A stretch of DNA of 63,980 bases, filler included, from Octopus bimaculoides (Eukaryota), in NCBI RefSeq assembly GCF_001194135.2. It is 9 parts of 9 records of this genome, joined end to end, with 100 filler letters (N's around TTAATTAATTAA, not from the genome) between each part and the next. Parts side by side here need not be neighbours in the genome. Positions count along the whole stretch, not along the records: positions 22,408 to 48,148 come from NC_068988.1; 8 more parts are not named here. One strand, written 5' to 3'. The first letter of the stretch is position 1, and the number at the start of each line of letters is the position of its first letter. Shown here in pieces: positions 26,231 to 39,199 of this stretch. A program made the translations under genes and the position numbers. The notes under the pieces are model-generated. The model had not been told where the DNA came from. It was given only the letters and a program-made list of their open reading frames with translations, and searched no databases.

Positions 26231-26761
26231 CACTAGAAAATTCTTTCAGAACACCCTGTTGCGCGTAGTGAAATAACTTGGTAGCTGGTACAAAGTTCAA
26301 ATTAAACTTAAATGTGACAATAAACTGTATTAATTAAACATGAAAAAAAAAAAAAAAATTGTTTTTGTTTTTTGAACCAGAAGAAAATTCAATGAGGCTT
26401 ACATTTGCATGAAAGTTACTTAGCTACATGCAATCAAGGCATTAACAGTTCACTTCCTTTGTTTAAACTATTAGTGACTTGAGTCAAAATTCTCAGTTTT
26501 TTGTTGCTTTTTGAAATGTTTAATTAATAGGTTCTTTTGATATGTTTTCATGTATGCATGAGCATGTTTGTATCTGAATATATATATGCATATATGTTTA
26601 CATGTATGTATACATATACACATTTATAGTATATTATTCTATGAATATATAATTCTATGAATATATAATGCTATGAATATATGTGTCTATGAATGCATAT
26701 ATATCTGTGTGTATGTATCTGCACAGGTGAATGTAAAACGAACATGTGTAAAACGAACATA

Positions 26762-27143
26762 GGCATAGGAGTGGCTGTGTGGTAAGCAGCTTGCTTACGA
26801 ACCACATGGTCCCGGGTTCAGTCCCACTGTGTGGCATCTTGGGCAAGTGTCTTCTACTATAGCCTCGGGCCGACCAAAGCCTTGTGAGTGGATTTGGTAG
26901 ATGGAAACTGAAAGAAGCCCGTCGTATATATGTATATATATATATGTATGTGTGTATGTGTTTGTGTGTCTGTGTTTGTCACCCCAACATCGCTTGACAA
27001 CCGATGCTGGTGTGTTTACGTCCCCGTAACCTAGCGGTTCGGCAAAAGAGACCGATAAAATAAGTACTAGGCTTCTAAAGAATAAGTCCTGGGGTTGATT
27101 TGCTCGACTAAAGGCAGTGCTCCAGCATGGTCACAGTCAAATG
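26762..27143 (+). mobile_element. tRNA-derived SINE, family B (internal TA/TG microsatellite)
   Basis: A box tggctgtgtgg, B box ggttcagtccc, then a CORE-like cttgggcaagtgtctt; runs into an N gap. Confidence 0.9.
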
Positions 27144-27244
27144 NNNNNNNNNNNNNNNNNNNNNNNNNNNNNNNNNNNNNNNNNNNNNNNNNNNNNNNNN
27201 NNNNNNNNNNNNNNNNNNNNNNNNNNNNNNNNNNNNNNNNNNNN

Positions 27245-27275
<31 letters not shown>

Positions 27276-28249
27276 CACATGCTACACTCTTCCGTGTGTA
27301 TATATATATGTATGTGTGGCGGGGTGTATGTGTTTGTGTGTGTGCGCGTGTGCGTGTGTGTGTGTGCATGTTATATATATAGTACATGCTACACACCTTC
27401 ACATTTCTGTGTGTGTGTACATATGCACATATATATAACTCTATATATATGTTTATGTGTATCTAAATGTTTCTCTCTACACTATACATACATACGAATT
27501 CATTATTTTTTTTGCATCTACTTTTCGATGTTCACACGTGTTGGGTTGGGTTGGGTTGGTTTGTACAGATGCTCTTCCACATTGCATCCTGCCACTTGTT
27601 GCATTCCTCTGTCAATTCTTTTTGATGTTCAGCATCCTGATGAGTGTGCGTGTATGCATATACATCCATATATATATATATATATATANNNNNNNNNNNN
27701 NNNNNNNNNNNNNNNNNNNNNNNNNNNNNNNNNNNNNNNNNNNNNNNNNNNNNNNNNNNNNNNNNNNNNNNNNNNNNNNNNNNNNNNNNNNNNNNNNNNN
27801 NNNNNNNNNNNNNNNNNNNNNNNNNNNNNNNNNNNNNNNNNNNNNNNNNNNNNNNNNNNNNNNNNNNNNNNNNNNNNNNNNNNNNNNNNNNNNNNNNNNN
27901 NNNNNNNNNNNNNNNNNNNNNNNNNNNNNNNNNNNNNNNNNNNNNNNNNNNNNNNNNNNNNNNNNNNNNNNNNNNNNNNNNNNNNNNNNNNNNNNNNNNN
28001 NNNNNNNNNNNNNNNNNNNNNNNNNNNNNNNNNNNNNNNNNNNNNNNNNNNNNNNNNNNNNNNNNNNNNNNNNNNNNNNNNNNNNNNNNNNNNNNNNNNT
28101 ATATATATATATGTATGTGTGTGTGTGTGTGTGTGTATATATTTACATACACGTCTGTTGCAAATAAGTTTGAAGTAGATAGGATGTGGTGGAATCAGAC
28201 ACATCCTTTCACTATGTATCACCACCACCACCACCGCCACCGCCACCAT

Positions 28250-28293
<44 letters not shown>

Positions 28294-28685
28294 TTACTGC
28301 TGCTGTTATGTCCATTTTACATAAAAATCACCCACCCCAAAACCCGCTAACCAAACAGACAGACAGACAGACAGACAACCATTCCACCAGCATTTATTTG
28401 CCTGTTGTTATTGTTGTTGTTATTGCTGTTGTATTGATTGATGCAAGATTCCAGTTTGGTGCTAAATTTAGAAACACAACTAACTGAAAAGTGTGGGAGG
28501 AAGCAGTGTTTGTGTGTGTGTGTGTGTGTATGTGTGCTTGTGAGAGGGGGGGGCGATTGTGCGAGAAAGAAAGAAAGAAAGGAGAGGGTGAGAGAGAGGG
28601 AATTCAAGCAGAGAGCGTCTGTATCAGTGTATTTGATGGAGGACCACTCTATCAAGAGATAGGGGGACATAAAACCATTTAGATG

Positions 28686-28720
<35 letters not shown>

Positions 28721-30025
28721 GTGTCTGTCTGTCTGTATGTGTGTGTGTGTGTGTGTGTATTTACCCTTCTGTCAACACATTCTAGAGCTTGTCTGCAGCA
28801 ACAACGAAAACAAGACTGAATAAATGTATGTGTGCATGTTTATATGCAAGTATGTATGTACTGCTGTTGATGCTGTTGTTGTCGTCGTCCTCATCATTGT
28901 TGTTGTTGTTGTTGTCAGTGCAGTTGCTGACTCATTCACTTTGTACACACAACAGGCAAATCTCAACAGTCTAGTCCAATGCCTTCTTCATACTTTATAT
29001 AAAGATGTACAAAATATATCAGTTGTTAATTATTGAACTAATTAATGATACTTATATGGTGACAATAAGAAACGTTATTAGTTCAATGACAAAATAATAT
29101 TTTAATGTTTTATTAACGAGCAAGGCTGACAACTCTGGAAATGTTTTAGTATTATAACACCTTAATGAAACAATCTTCCTTGTATTTACCATATCAATTA
29201 CAGCACTAACAACAACAACAACAACAACAATTATAGGCACGAGGCCTGAAATTTTTGGGGAGCAGACTAGTCGATTACATTGACTCCAGTATGTAACTGG
29301 GATCTTTTTGGTTTGACGGGCAACATTTTTCATTAATATTTCATGTAGTGTTTTTGGTACCGAAACACTTTCAAACTTCGTATACTTGTATATTTTGTAT
29401 TATAGAAAAGATAAAAGATGTTTTATATGACACATTCTACCAGTGTCCCAAGTTTGAAAGTGTTTCGTTAAGAAAACAAGTGTTGCCCGTCAAACCAAAA
29501 AGATCCTGTAACTGGTACTTGATTTATTGACTCTGAAAGGATGAAAGACGAAATTGACCTCAGTGGAATTTGAATTCAGAATGTAAAGATGGATGAAATG
29601 CTGCTATGCATGTCACCTAGCATGCTAACGATTGTGCCAGCTTGCTACCTTATTTACCATATTAATTATAAGAGAATCACTTCACTGTTGTTATGGATAG
29701 GCATGTCACAAGAGTAGGGATATCAAACATTATTGTACAAGACTCCGAATCTCACTCCAAACATGACCCACCAGCTTAAACATGAGAAATTCTATATCAG
29801 TAGTTTTAGATATATGGTGTCTGAAACATAAATAAATAGGAAAATAAGATAGTTAAAGGTGGACTGCCTTTGAGTTGATCTGAGGTTAAACAACATTGAA
29901 GACTATCACTGTCACACTATCATGCTGTGCCGTGTGATCCCTATTTGTACTTCAGTGTTGGTAAAAGATATGATCAAAAGCCATCTCTGAAATACATACA
30001 TATATATGTGCATACATACATACAT

Positions 30026-30375
30026 ATATCATCATCATCATCATTTAACGTCCGCTTTTCATGCTAGCATGGGTTGGACGATTTGACTGAAGACTGGTGA
30101 ACCAGATGGCTACACCAGATTCCAATCTGATTTGGCAGAGTTTCTACAGCTGGATGCCCTTCCTAATGCCAACCACGCTGAGAGTGTAGTGGGTGCTTTT
30201 ACGTGCCACCGGCACGGAGGTCGGTCAGGCGGTACTGGCAATGGCCATGCTCAAAATGGTGTATTTTACGTGCCACCTGCACAGGAGCCAGTCCAGCGGC
30301 ACTGGCAACGATCTCGCTCGAATGTCTTTACAAGTGCCAAGAAGGTTACGGTGGGCACAGGTGCCATCATGATTT
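30026..30375 (-). mobile_element. RTE-type 3'-end fragment with (GAT)n tail (same family as 22408-23097)
   Basis: Close match by eye to 22408-22700; (cat)n at the left edge is the tail. Further fragments at ~25145-25250, 30605-30800, 31010-31090, 33763-33935, 34780-35100 and 37760-37900. Confidence 0.8.
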
Positions 30376-30961
30376 CGCTTTGTATATATGTATGTATGCT
30401 GGTATTGGGAATTGCGTTCTATGCCTTGACCCGAGCATAGAACAGGGCTTGTCTCTTTGAGGTGGGAAATGAATGGAATGCCTGCTGTGTGTCCTGTTAT
30501 GGCTACCCATTCCTAAAAACATGGGGGGTAGGCCTGGGTATATATAAAAAGAAATGTATGTATGCCTGTGTATACATACATACATACATACACACACATA
30601 TAAACACATCATCGTTATCATTTATATCCATTTTCCATGCTAGCACGGGTTAGATGGTTTGACTGGAACTAGTAAGCTGGAAAGCTGCACCAAGTTACAG
30701 TCTGGTTTGGCATGGTTTCTACAGCTGGCTGCCCTTCCTAACGGCAGCCACTCCAAGAGTATAGTGGATTTTTTTTACGTGCCACCTGTACACAAGTGCT
30801 ATTTACTGGGCTTGATGAGTTTTACATACAAACATACATATATGTTTACATATGTGTGTGTGTGTGTGTGCACACACACATCTGTGCATTCAAGTAGATT
30901 AACTATATATATATATTATATGTATATAATATGTATATATTATATATGTATATATTATATG

Positions 30962-30996
<35 letters not shown>

Positions 30997-31375
30997 NNNN
31001 NNNNNNNNNGGCATGGTTTCTACAGCTGGCTGCCCTTCCTAACGGCAGCCACTCCAAGAGTATAGTGGATTTTTTTTACGTGCCACCTGTACACAAGTGC
31101 TATTTACTGGGCTTGATGAGTTTTACATACAAACATACAAATATATATGCATATAAATACATGTCTTTTAGTTTTTCAGTCATTAGACTGTGGCCATGCT
31201 GGGGCACTACCTTGAAGAAATTTTAGTTGAATGTGTGTATATATTTATACACACATATATATGGACTATACACACACATATATATGGACAAACACTGACA
31301 CACACACATGCATATCAGAGAGAGAGAGAGAGAGAGAGTGAGAGAGAGAGAGAGAAAGTGAGAGAATGACGCATA

Positions 31376-32560
31376 CCAGGTTGTGTCAAAAGGTTTTTTT
31401 GTGTTTTACACTTTAGTTAAATTTTTAAGCAAATTACATGCAAAGGGCCTATATTCATCGAAATATATCCCATCATATTCTATTGTCTGTTGCCATCATT
31501 GTGCCCAGAAGTTCAATTCCACACTTAAACCATTTGGCTAGTCTAGAAATAAAAATAACTTCCTGCCCCTGTTTCAGCCTTAATCACATTGTGAGACCTT
31601 ATTTCAGGCAGGAAATGAGCCATAGCTGGGAGAAGTTAGTAATCTAATAGTGCAAGGTCTGGACTGTAGGCAAAGTGAGGCAGCACTTCCAGCCTCTCAA
31701 GTTCCTCAACTTCATGCTTGGTCACATTGCCAGTATATGCTGGGGTATTGTCATGCTGTAGAAGTGTGTGTCTTCGATTGTCATGCTGTAAGAAGGCACA
31801 TTCTTGGGTCAAACATTGTCATGCTGTAAGAGAGTGCATTTTAAATGTCTGTTAGCAGGCTTTCAAAACCTCATATACTCACTGCATTTGTTAAGCATAA
31901 AAATTAACATTCACAGTATAACCATCTCAGACAAGCTCAAATTGCAACAAACCCTCAAAATTCATCAAACACAGCATGACTTTCTATTCAAACCACCCTT
32001 GTTTGATAAGTTCTGAAAAGTCTGACCAGAGTGAAGCCACTGATTTCTCTTATTAGGATTATGAAAATTGATCCATTTTCAACTGCAGCTACAATTCAAT
32101 ACAAAAAGCAGGCATCTTGAGGATTTGCCAGCAGCTGTTTGTAAATGTCCACACTTGATTGAGCCTGGTCGTTGATCAGTCCATGGAGAACTTCTCAACA
32201 GCATCTGTTCACAGGGCCAAGCTTATGAAGGTGTTGACTGATGATGCTTTGTGAAGGACCAAGTACTGCCTATCAGCATATGAGTTCTTGCACTTGGCTG
32301 TTATTGAGCCATTTCAAGGAAATGCCTCATTCTTCATCAACAGAAAGTCTCACAGATCTCGATTTTGTCTTTGAGGCTGGTGTCACATTTCTTGAAACAT
32401 CCAAACAAGCTTTGTGTCATGTTTGTTAACAATTCCTGGGTCTTCTATGTTGTAAATTTCTTTTGCCACTGCCTTTGTTCTCAGTCCTTTTTCCTACAGG
32501 TAGTGTACAATGGCTCTTAATTACAATTTTACCATCACTCTTTATCAAAGCTATAAAATA
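31376..32560 (-). mobile_element. Decayed mariner (DD34D-type) transposon
   Basis: The - strand translation fragments include 'KWI.FHNP', 'KVMLCV', 'LQHDN' and 'YSPDLA..DY'. A TIR-like TA|ccaggttgtgtcaaaagg sits at 31376; the opposite TIR was not found. Confidence 0.8.
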
Positions 32561-34214
32561 AAGAACAAACAATAAATGTTTAAATGTTATATATAAACAT
32601 AAAGAATAAACAATTCAGCAGTGATTGTACAATAAGCTGTATCAAAATAATGATACATGGAGATACAAGCTGCCAAAATTATCAGTGAAAATCCAAAAAC
32701 TTCAACCTCTGTAGATATATATATTAACTATTTAAACACTAAAAATATATCCACTGAATTAAATGAACTCAATTAATAACGTTTGTTAACCTTCAGTATA
32801 ATATTATTACAATGCATTAATCTTAAATGGAATGAATTTGCATATATACAAATTGGCTAATGCAAATGTTCAGAGCAAAATATTTAGAATAATAAAAAAT
32901 CAAAGATGTTTTACAGGTGTTTCATTCTTTCATTCTAAGTTCTATAGCTGTTTCAATGGTTAAATTATAAATATCAACAACTTTAATATAAACATAATTA
33001 TGCAATTAATTTATAAAAATAATGAATTTAAATCTGATTGTTTGGTATTCATAACTCAGTTTATTTCCTTATAAAATGGTCTGTCCATCACATTTTAATT
33101 AATTATGTATTTTCATGTATTTGAAATATAATTATTTTTCAACCATTGAAGCAGCTGTAGAAATTATGTTGACATTATGTAACACCTGTAGGAGTTTAAC
33201 TTTTTTGCTGTTTTAAATATCTTATAACTATGAATATATGTGTTGTTTTATACTTCTTTAGAAGTTCAGAAATGAAAATACTATGATACATATACATATA
33301 TACACACACACATACACATATATAAACTTATATACATACATATGCATATAACTACACATACTCAGTTAATGAATATTTGATGAAGATGTAATCTATCAAA
33401 GGAAACACTTTCATATTTTTGATATTAAATTTAACTCCTGGCATATTACGTGTGGTGGATTTATTTGAACATTTAACAACAAAGAATATATTCAATTTGT
33501 ATATGACTTCAAGAATCTGTAATAGTGACACACACATACACACACACATATATATATATATACAGATACGATACAAAAGTTTGTAGTTCTGGCTGAGAGT
33601 TTCTTCAAATGCATTGCCACATGTGAGACTGCCACTCCCATGTGGGCCTGTGCAGCCACAGCAGATGTTGCACCACCATCAGTAGCTGAAGCGGCACAAA
33701 TTCTTCAGGCACAGTTCCATGATCTTTCGAGACTGATGGATGCTTATCTATCTCATCATCATCATCATTTACCGTCTGCTTTCCATGCTAGCATGGGTTG
33801 GACGATTTGAGTGAGGACTGGTGAACCAGATAGCTACACCAGGCTCCAATCTGATTTGGCAGAGTTTCTACAGCTGGATGCCCTTCCTAACGCCAACCAC
33901 TCTGAGAGTGTAGTGGATGCTTTTACGTGCCACCAGCACGTGGTCAGGTGTTGCATTCATAATCATAATATTGTAGTCTTAGCACTTGGATCAGGGCAAT
34001 GCATTGTCTTCTTGAGCAAGGACACTTCATTTCACATTACTCCAGTCCACTCAGCTGGCAAAAATAAGAAATCTTGCACCAGACTGGTGTCTAATCCCTC
34101 ATGGAATATATATGCCACAGAATCTGGGAAACCAGCATTATGAGCTTATGGCTCAGAGAAGACCTTTTATCCTTTTGATATATATACACACACACACACA
34201 CGCACATATATACA

Positions 34215-34254
<40 letters not shown>

Positions 34255-34710
34255 NNNNNNNNNNNNNNNNNNNNNNNNNNNNNNNNNNNNNNNNNNNNNN
34301 NNNNNNNNNNNNNNNNNNNNNNNNNNNNNNNNNNNNNNNNNNNNNNNNNNNNNNNNNNNNNNNNNNNNNNNNNNNNNNNNNNNNNNNNNNNNNNNNNNNN
34401 NNNNNNNNNNNNNNNNNNNNNNNNNNNNNNNNNNNNNNNNNNNNNNNNNNNNNNNNNNNNNNNNNNNNNNNNNNNNNNNNNNNNNNNNNNNNNNNNNNNN
34501 NNNNNNNNNNNNNNNNNNNNNNNNNNNNNNNNNNNNNNNNNNNNNNNNNNNNNNNNNNNNNNNNNNNNNNNNNNNNNNNNNNNNNNNNNNNNNNNNNNNN
34601 NNNNNNNNNNNNNNNNNNNNNNNNNNNNNNNNNNNNNNNNNNNNNNNNNNNNNNNNNNNNNNNNNNNNNNNNNNNNNNNNNNNNNNNNNNNNNNNNNNNN
34701 NNNNNNNNNN

Positions 34711-34744
<34 letters not shown>

Positions 34745-35290
34745 CATATATACACACACATATTTAATGTAATCATCATCACCATCATTTAACATCCATT
34801 GTCCATGCTGGCATGGATTGGATGCTTTGACCATAGCTGGCAAGCAAGGTAGCTGCACCAGACTCTAGTCCGATTTGGCATGGTCTCTACAGCTGGATGC
34901 CCTTCCTAACACCAACCACTTTACAGAGTGTGCTGGATGTTTTCATGTGGCACTGCATGGGTGCTTTTATGTGGCACTGCACAGGCACTTGTACATGGCG
35001 CTGACACAAGTGCTTTTCACTACCAGATGGATTGGTCCTAATATTTCTGCTGCAGAGTACGGGTCTCCTTGAGTACAACAAGGCACTGGGCATCTCGGTC
35101 CTTTGTTGTTTTGCCTGTTAGGTTCAGTGTTTATATATATGTCTTATATATATACATAGGCTTGAGCAGATATTTTGGTTCTGAAATTTCATTTGCAACC
35201 TTTGAGCATCTTGTTAAGTCTTTGGAAATGTACCTACTTAATCTTAGTCACTTAATATTGCTATTTCTAAATAGAATCTTTTGGGAGATT

Positions 35291-35524
35291 AAGGTGGCGA
35301 GCTGGCAGAAACGTTAGCACGCCAGGCGAAATACTTAGCGGTATTTCATCTGCCATTACGTTCTGAGTTCAAATTCCGCCAAGGTCGACTTTGCTTTCAT
35401 CCTTTCAGGGTCGATAAATTAAGTACCAGTTACGCACTGGGGTCAATGTAATCGACTTAATCCCTTTGTCTGTCCTTGTTTGTCCCCTCTGTGTTTAGCC
35501 CCTTGTGGGCAATAAAGAAATAAG
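35291..35524 (+). mobile_element. SINE family C, young full-length copy with TSD
   Basis: ggcgagctggcagaaacgttagc head, B-box-like gagttcaaattcc, central gtcgactttgc(c)tttcatcctttc..ggtcgat domain; flanked by atctttt(t)gggagat on both sides. Confidence 0.9.
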
Positions 35525-35710
35525 CATCTTTTGGGAGATACAGTTTAATGTTGTGAGGGAGTTGATAACTGAACTGCTCAATCAAGGCAGACTGTGGCTA
35601 AAGAACTACATATAAGTTCAATCCCTGGTCATTCTAATATCATAAGTTGATAACTTACAATTTTATGTTAGACATTACAATTAACCATCTGAGATAGACA
35701 CAAGAACTCT

Positions 35711-35830
35711 CTCTTTCTCTTCCTTTCTCTTTCTCTCTTTCTTTCTCTTCCTCTTTCTCTTCCTTTCTCTTTCTCTCTTTCTTTCTCTTCCTCTTTCTCT
35801 TCCTTTCTCTTTCTCTCTTTCTTTCTCTTC
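35711..35830. repeat. 40-bp pure pyrimidine unit x3
   Basis: ctctttctcttcctttctctttctctctttctttctcttc repeated exactly three times. Confidence 0.9.
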
Positions 35831-36552
35831 CTCATTCTCTTTTCTATTGACTCAGAAATATAACAATTTTCTCATCACAATTTCACAATATTCTTTACAA
35901 ATCTATTTTTCTTAGTATACACCATTTTTAAAATATTATTTTTTTCTCTCTGTTACAGTGTGACATTTATAAAGTTTTTACTAAGATCTTTAACAGATAA
36001 CTTTGGATTCCTATGGATTGTTATTAATAAAACTGTTCTTAAAAAAAAACATTCTGACAAAAAAAAAAAAAACTGGATTTATTTATGTGAATTGTGAAAA
36101 TATTTGAAATTTCACTAGAAAAATATTTAAACTTTACACACATTGGAACATAACTGTGAAAAAAAAAAAACTTTTAAAATTATCATCATCATCATCATTA
36201 TTATTATTATTATTATTAAAATCATCATCACTATCATATCACGATCATATCAGTCAATACTTTGCTTAATTTATTTGATTCATATGTCTCCAATTTTTTT
36301 ATCAACATGCTAAAACTTTCAACTGTCAGTTTTCAATTTAACAACTCTGCAGACTTTATCGTAGGCAAGGGAAAAATATAACAGATTTTGAAAAGAAAAC
36401 AAGAATTGATTTCATAACTCATCATCTCATTAAGGCTGTGAGAGGAGAAATGAACATTTCATAACATTAACTAGTTTCACAATGGTCAGGTAACACTAGG
36501 CTCATCTTACACCATACCGTCTTGTTGTGTATCCGAAGATCATTGAGGAGGC

Positions 36553-36588
<36 letters not shown>

Positions 36589-36845
36589 AGTTATATATAT
36601 TTATTATATATGTTTACCAACAGCAAGTATAAATGAATATACAGAAGTATATATATACTTACACAGAACTTTATATATACATAACATGTGAGCCCTGCAA
36701 AAGAAATAAAGAAAAACAGTTACTTCAGAAACATTGCTCAAACTCTCTCAGAAGGACGTTTGTTCAGAGTAGTGCAATGTCGTTGCACTCATCCCAGTAA
36801 GTGCAATCATGATTACAGTATGTCTACTTTATTACCATCTTGCAG

Positions 36846-37017
36846 AGATCTACCAAAAAGTGGTAAATGGGGTGAGACCATATTTTAGGCCAGGTCTGGA
36901 GAACTGTGACTGTCCAACTGATGAACTGGCCATCATAATCCGCAAAGGTTGGTCTGAAGATCCAGCGGAGCGACCAGACTTCCATGCATTAAAGGGGATG
37001 CTCAGAAAATTGAACAA
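36846..37017 (+). CDS. Internal exon of a receptor (NPR1/NPR2-like) guanylyl cyclase, C-terminal end of the kinase-homology domain
   Basis: Acceptor ttattaccatcttgcag| and donor AA|gtaagt. The 172-nt phase 1 to 2 exon reads (E)IYQKVVNGVRPYFRPGLENCDCPTDELAIIIRKGWSEDPAERPDFHALKGMLRKLN(K). This matches the 'EII.RV..G..P.FRP...CW.EDP.ERPDF..I...LRK.N' segment that precedes the coiled-coil linker in receptor guanylyl cyclases. Confidence 0.9.
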
Positions 37018-38076
37018 GTAAGTATATCATTATCATTATTATTATTGAATTTAAAAAAAAAATTTTCTTTCTTGTGTTTCTAGATGCATTTTGTTTTTGT
37101 GTTTCTATTAATCACTCCAGGCTTTAATAATAATAATAAAAATTAGCATATTGCATCTTTTATCTTTTGTTTTTTACTTGTCTCAGTCATTAGACTGTGG
37201 CCATAATGGGGCACCACCTTGAAGAATTTTTAGCAGAATGAATCAACCCCCATTACTTATTTTGTTAAGCTTGTTACTTAGTCTATCAATCCCTTTTTCG
37301 AAACCACTAAGTTATGGGGATATAAACACACCAACACCAGTTATCAAGTGGTAGTGGAGGACAAACACAGATGCAAAGATTCACACACACACACACATAC
37401 CATGGGCTTCTTTCAGTATCTGTTTACCAAATCCACTCACAAGGATCTGGTTAGTTTGAGCCTATAGTAAAATACACTTGCCTCAGGTGCCATGAAGTGG
37501 GACTGAACCTGGAACCATATTGCTGGGAAGGCAAGCTGATCACCACACAGCCACATCTGTAAATCAAACTAAAACTCAATCTTCTTTCTTTATCACCAAA
37601 TTTAATCTCTCTTCTAATGCTGAGCACCATATCCTGTACATCTCTTTTGATAGCACAGCAGTCTTTCCTGATGTATCTCACTTGCAATATTTATCAACTC
37701 AAGCTTTATTTGCTACTTTATAACAAGCCATCATCGCAATCATCATCCTCATCATTATAATAATGTCCACTTTCCCATGCTTGCATAGGTTGAACAGAGT
37801 TTATTAAGGCAGATTTTTTATGGCTGGATGCCCTTCCTGTTGCCAACACTCACCTGTTTCCAAGCCAGATAATATTTCCCCTGGGCCAGACATGTTTTTG
37901 TAGAATATTGGGAATGAATAACACTGCTTGCATGCCACTGACACTCATATATACCTATCACATGACGTCAACACAAGGAGATCCCACTCACACATATAAT
38001 ATATATACATATAGATATGTACATGTATACATACATACATGTATACATACATACATACATACATACATACATACAT

Positions 38077-38458
38077 GTTGTTGGCACTCCGTCACTTATG
38101 ACTTCGAGAGTTCCAGTTGATCCGATCAACGGAACAGCCTGCTCGTGAAATTAACGTGCAAGTGGCTGAGCACTCCACAGACACGTGTACCCTTAACGTA
38201 GTTCTCGGAGATATTCAGGGTGACACAGTGTGACAAGGCTGACCCTTTGAATTACAGGCACAACAGAAACAGGAAGTAAGAGTGAGAGAAAGTTGTGGTT
38301 AAAGAGTACAGCAGGGTTCGCCACCATCCCCTGCCGGAGCCTCGTGAAGCTTTAGGTGTTTTCGCTCAATAAACACTCACAATGCCCGGTCTGGGAATCG
38401 AAACCGCGATCCTATGACCGCGAGTCTGCTACCCTGACCACTGGGCCATTGCGCCTCC
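38077..38458 (-). mobile_element. tRNA-derived SINE, family A, full length
   Basis: Reverse complement of 23362-23752 over its whole length. Confidence 0.9.
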
Positions 38459-39199
38459 ACACATACATATATACATACATACATGCACATATGATGGACT
38501 TCTTTCAGTCTCCATCTACCAAATCTACTCACAAGGCTTTGGTTGACAAAGGATTGTAGTGGAAGATACTTGTCCAAAGTACCATGCAGTGAGAATGAAC
38601 CCAGAATCTTGTGGTTGGGAAGCAAACTTCTTAAGTGATGTCTTTCTTTCCATAAACTTCTCATTTCTATTTCCAAAACTTGCTTCCTGCAAACAAGAAG
38701 ATTCTTTTAATGAATCAGACCAGTGTCTCCTGCCACTTGGAACATTTCTGAAGAGTCTGCCTTTCACTAGATTACATTGAATAATTGCAGCTTTGAAAGA
38801 ATATTTGTTACTACTTCTTCTTTGTCAACATGTTTACTATTTCCTCAGTCAATAAATTTCATTGTTTTCAGGATCAGCTTATTTGACTCTTTCTGAGAAT
38901 GTCTACAATTATTTAAGTTATGAAAATTACAGAAAGAATGTATTACACAATCTGTCAAGAAGAGAATTAGCTTATTTGATATGCAGTTTGAAAGAGGCAC
39001 TATTAATCCTTTAGTATTTGAACTGAACATATCCAGTCTAAATATGAAACCAGCCAGATCCATCCAATCATGCCTACCCTTCAGTGTCATTCTAAATATA
39101 TACAACCACATCACAAAATTTCAAAGCCACAAGATAATGCATAATTAATTCAAAACAATGTGAATAAATAAGCATTACTTTTGATAGAGTGATTGAATA

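Noticed and set aside
38830-39110. Next guanylyl-cyclase exon or an RLE-type LINE endonuclease
   Set aside because: The frame required after the phase-2 donor hits a stop within 8 codons; the QFERGTINPLVF similarity is too short to call.
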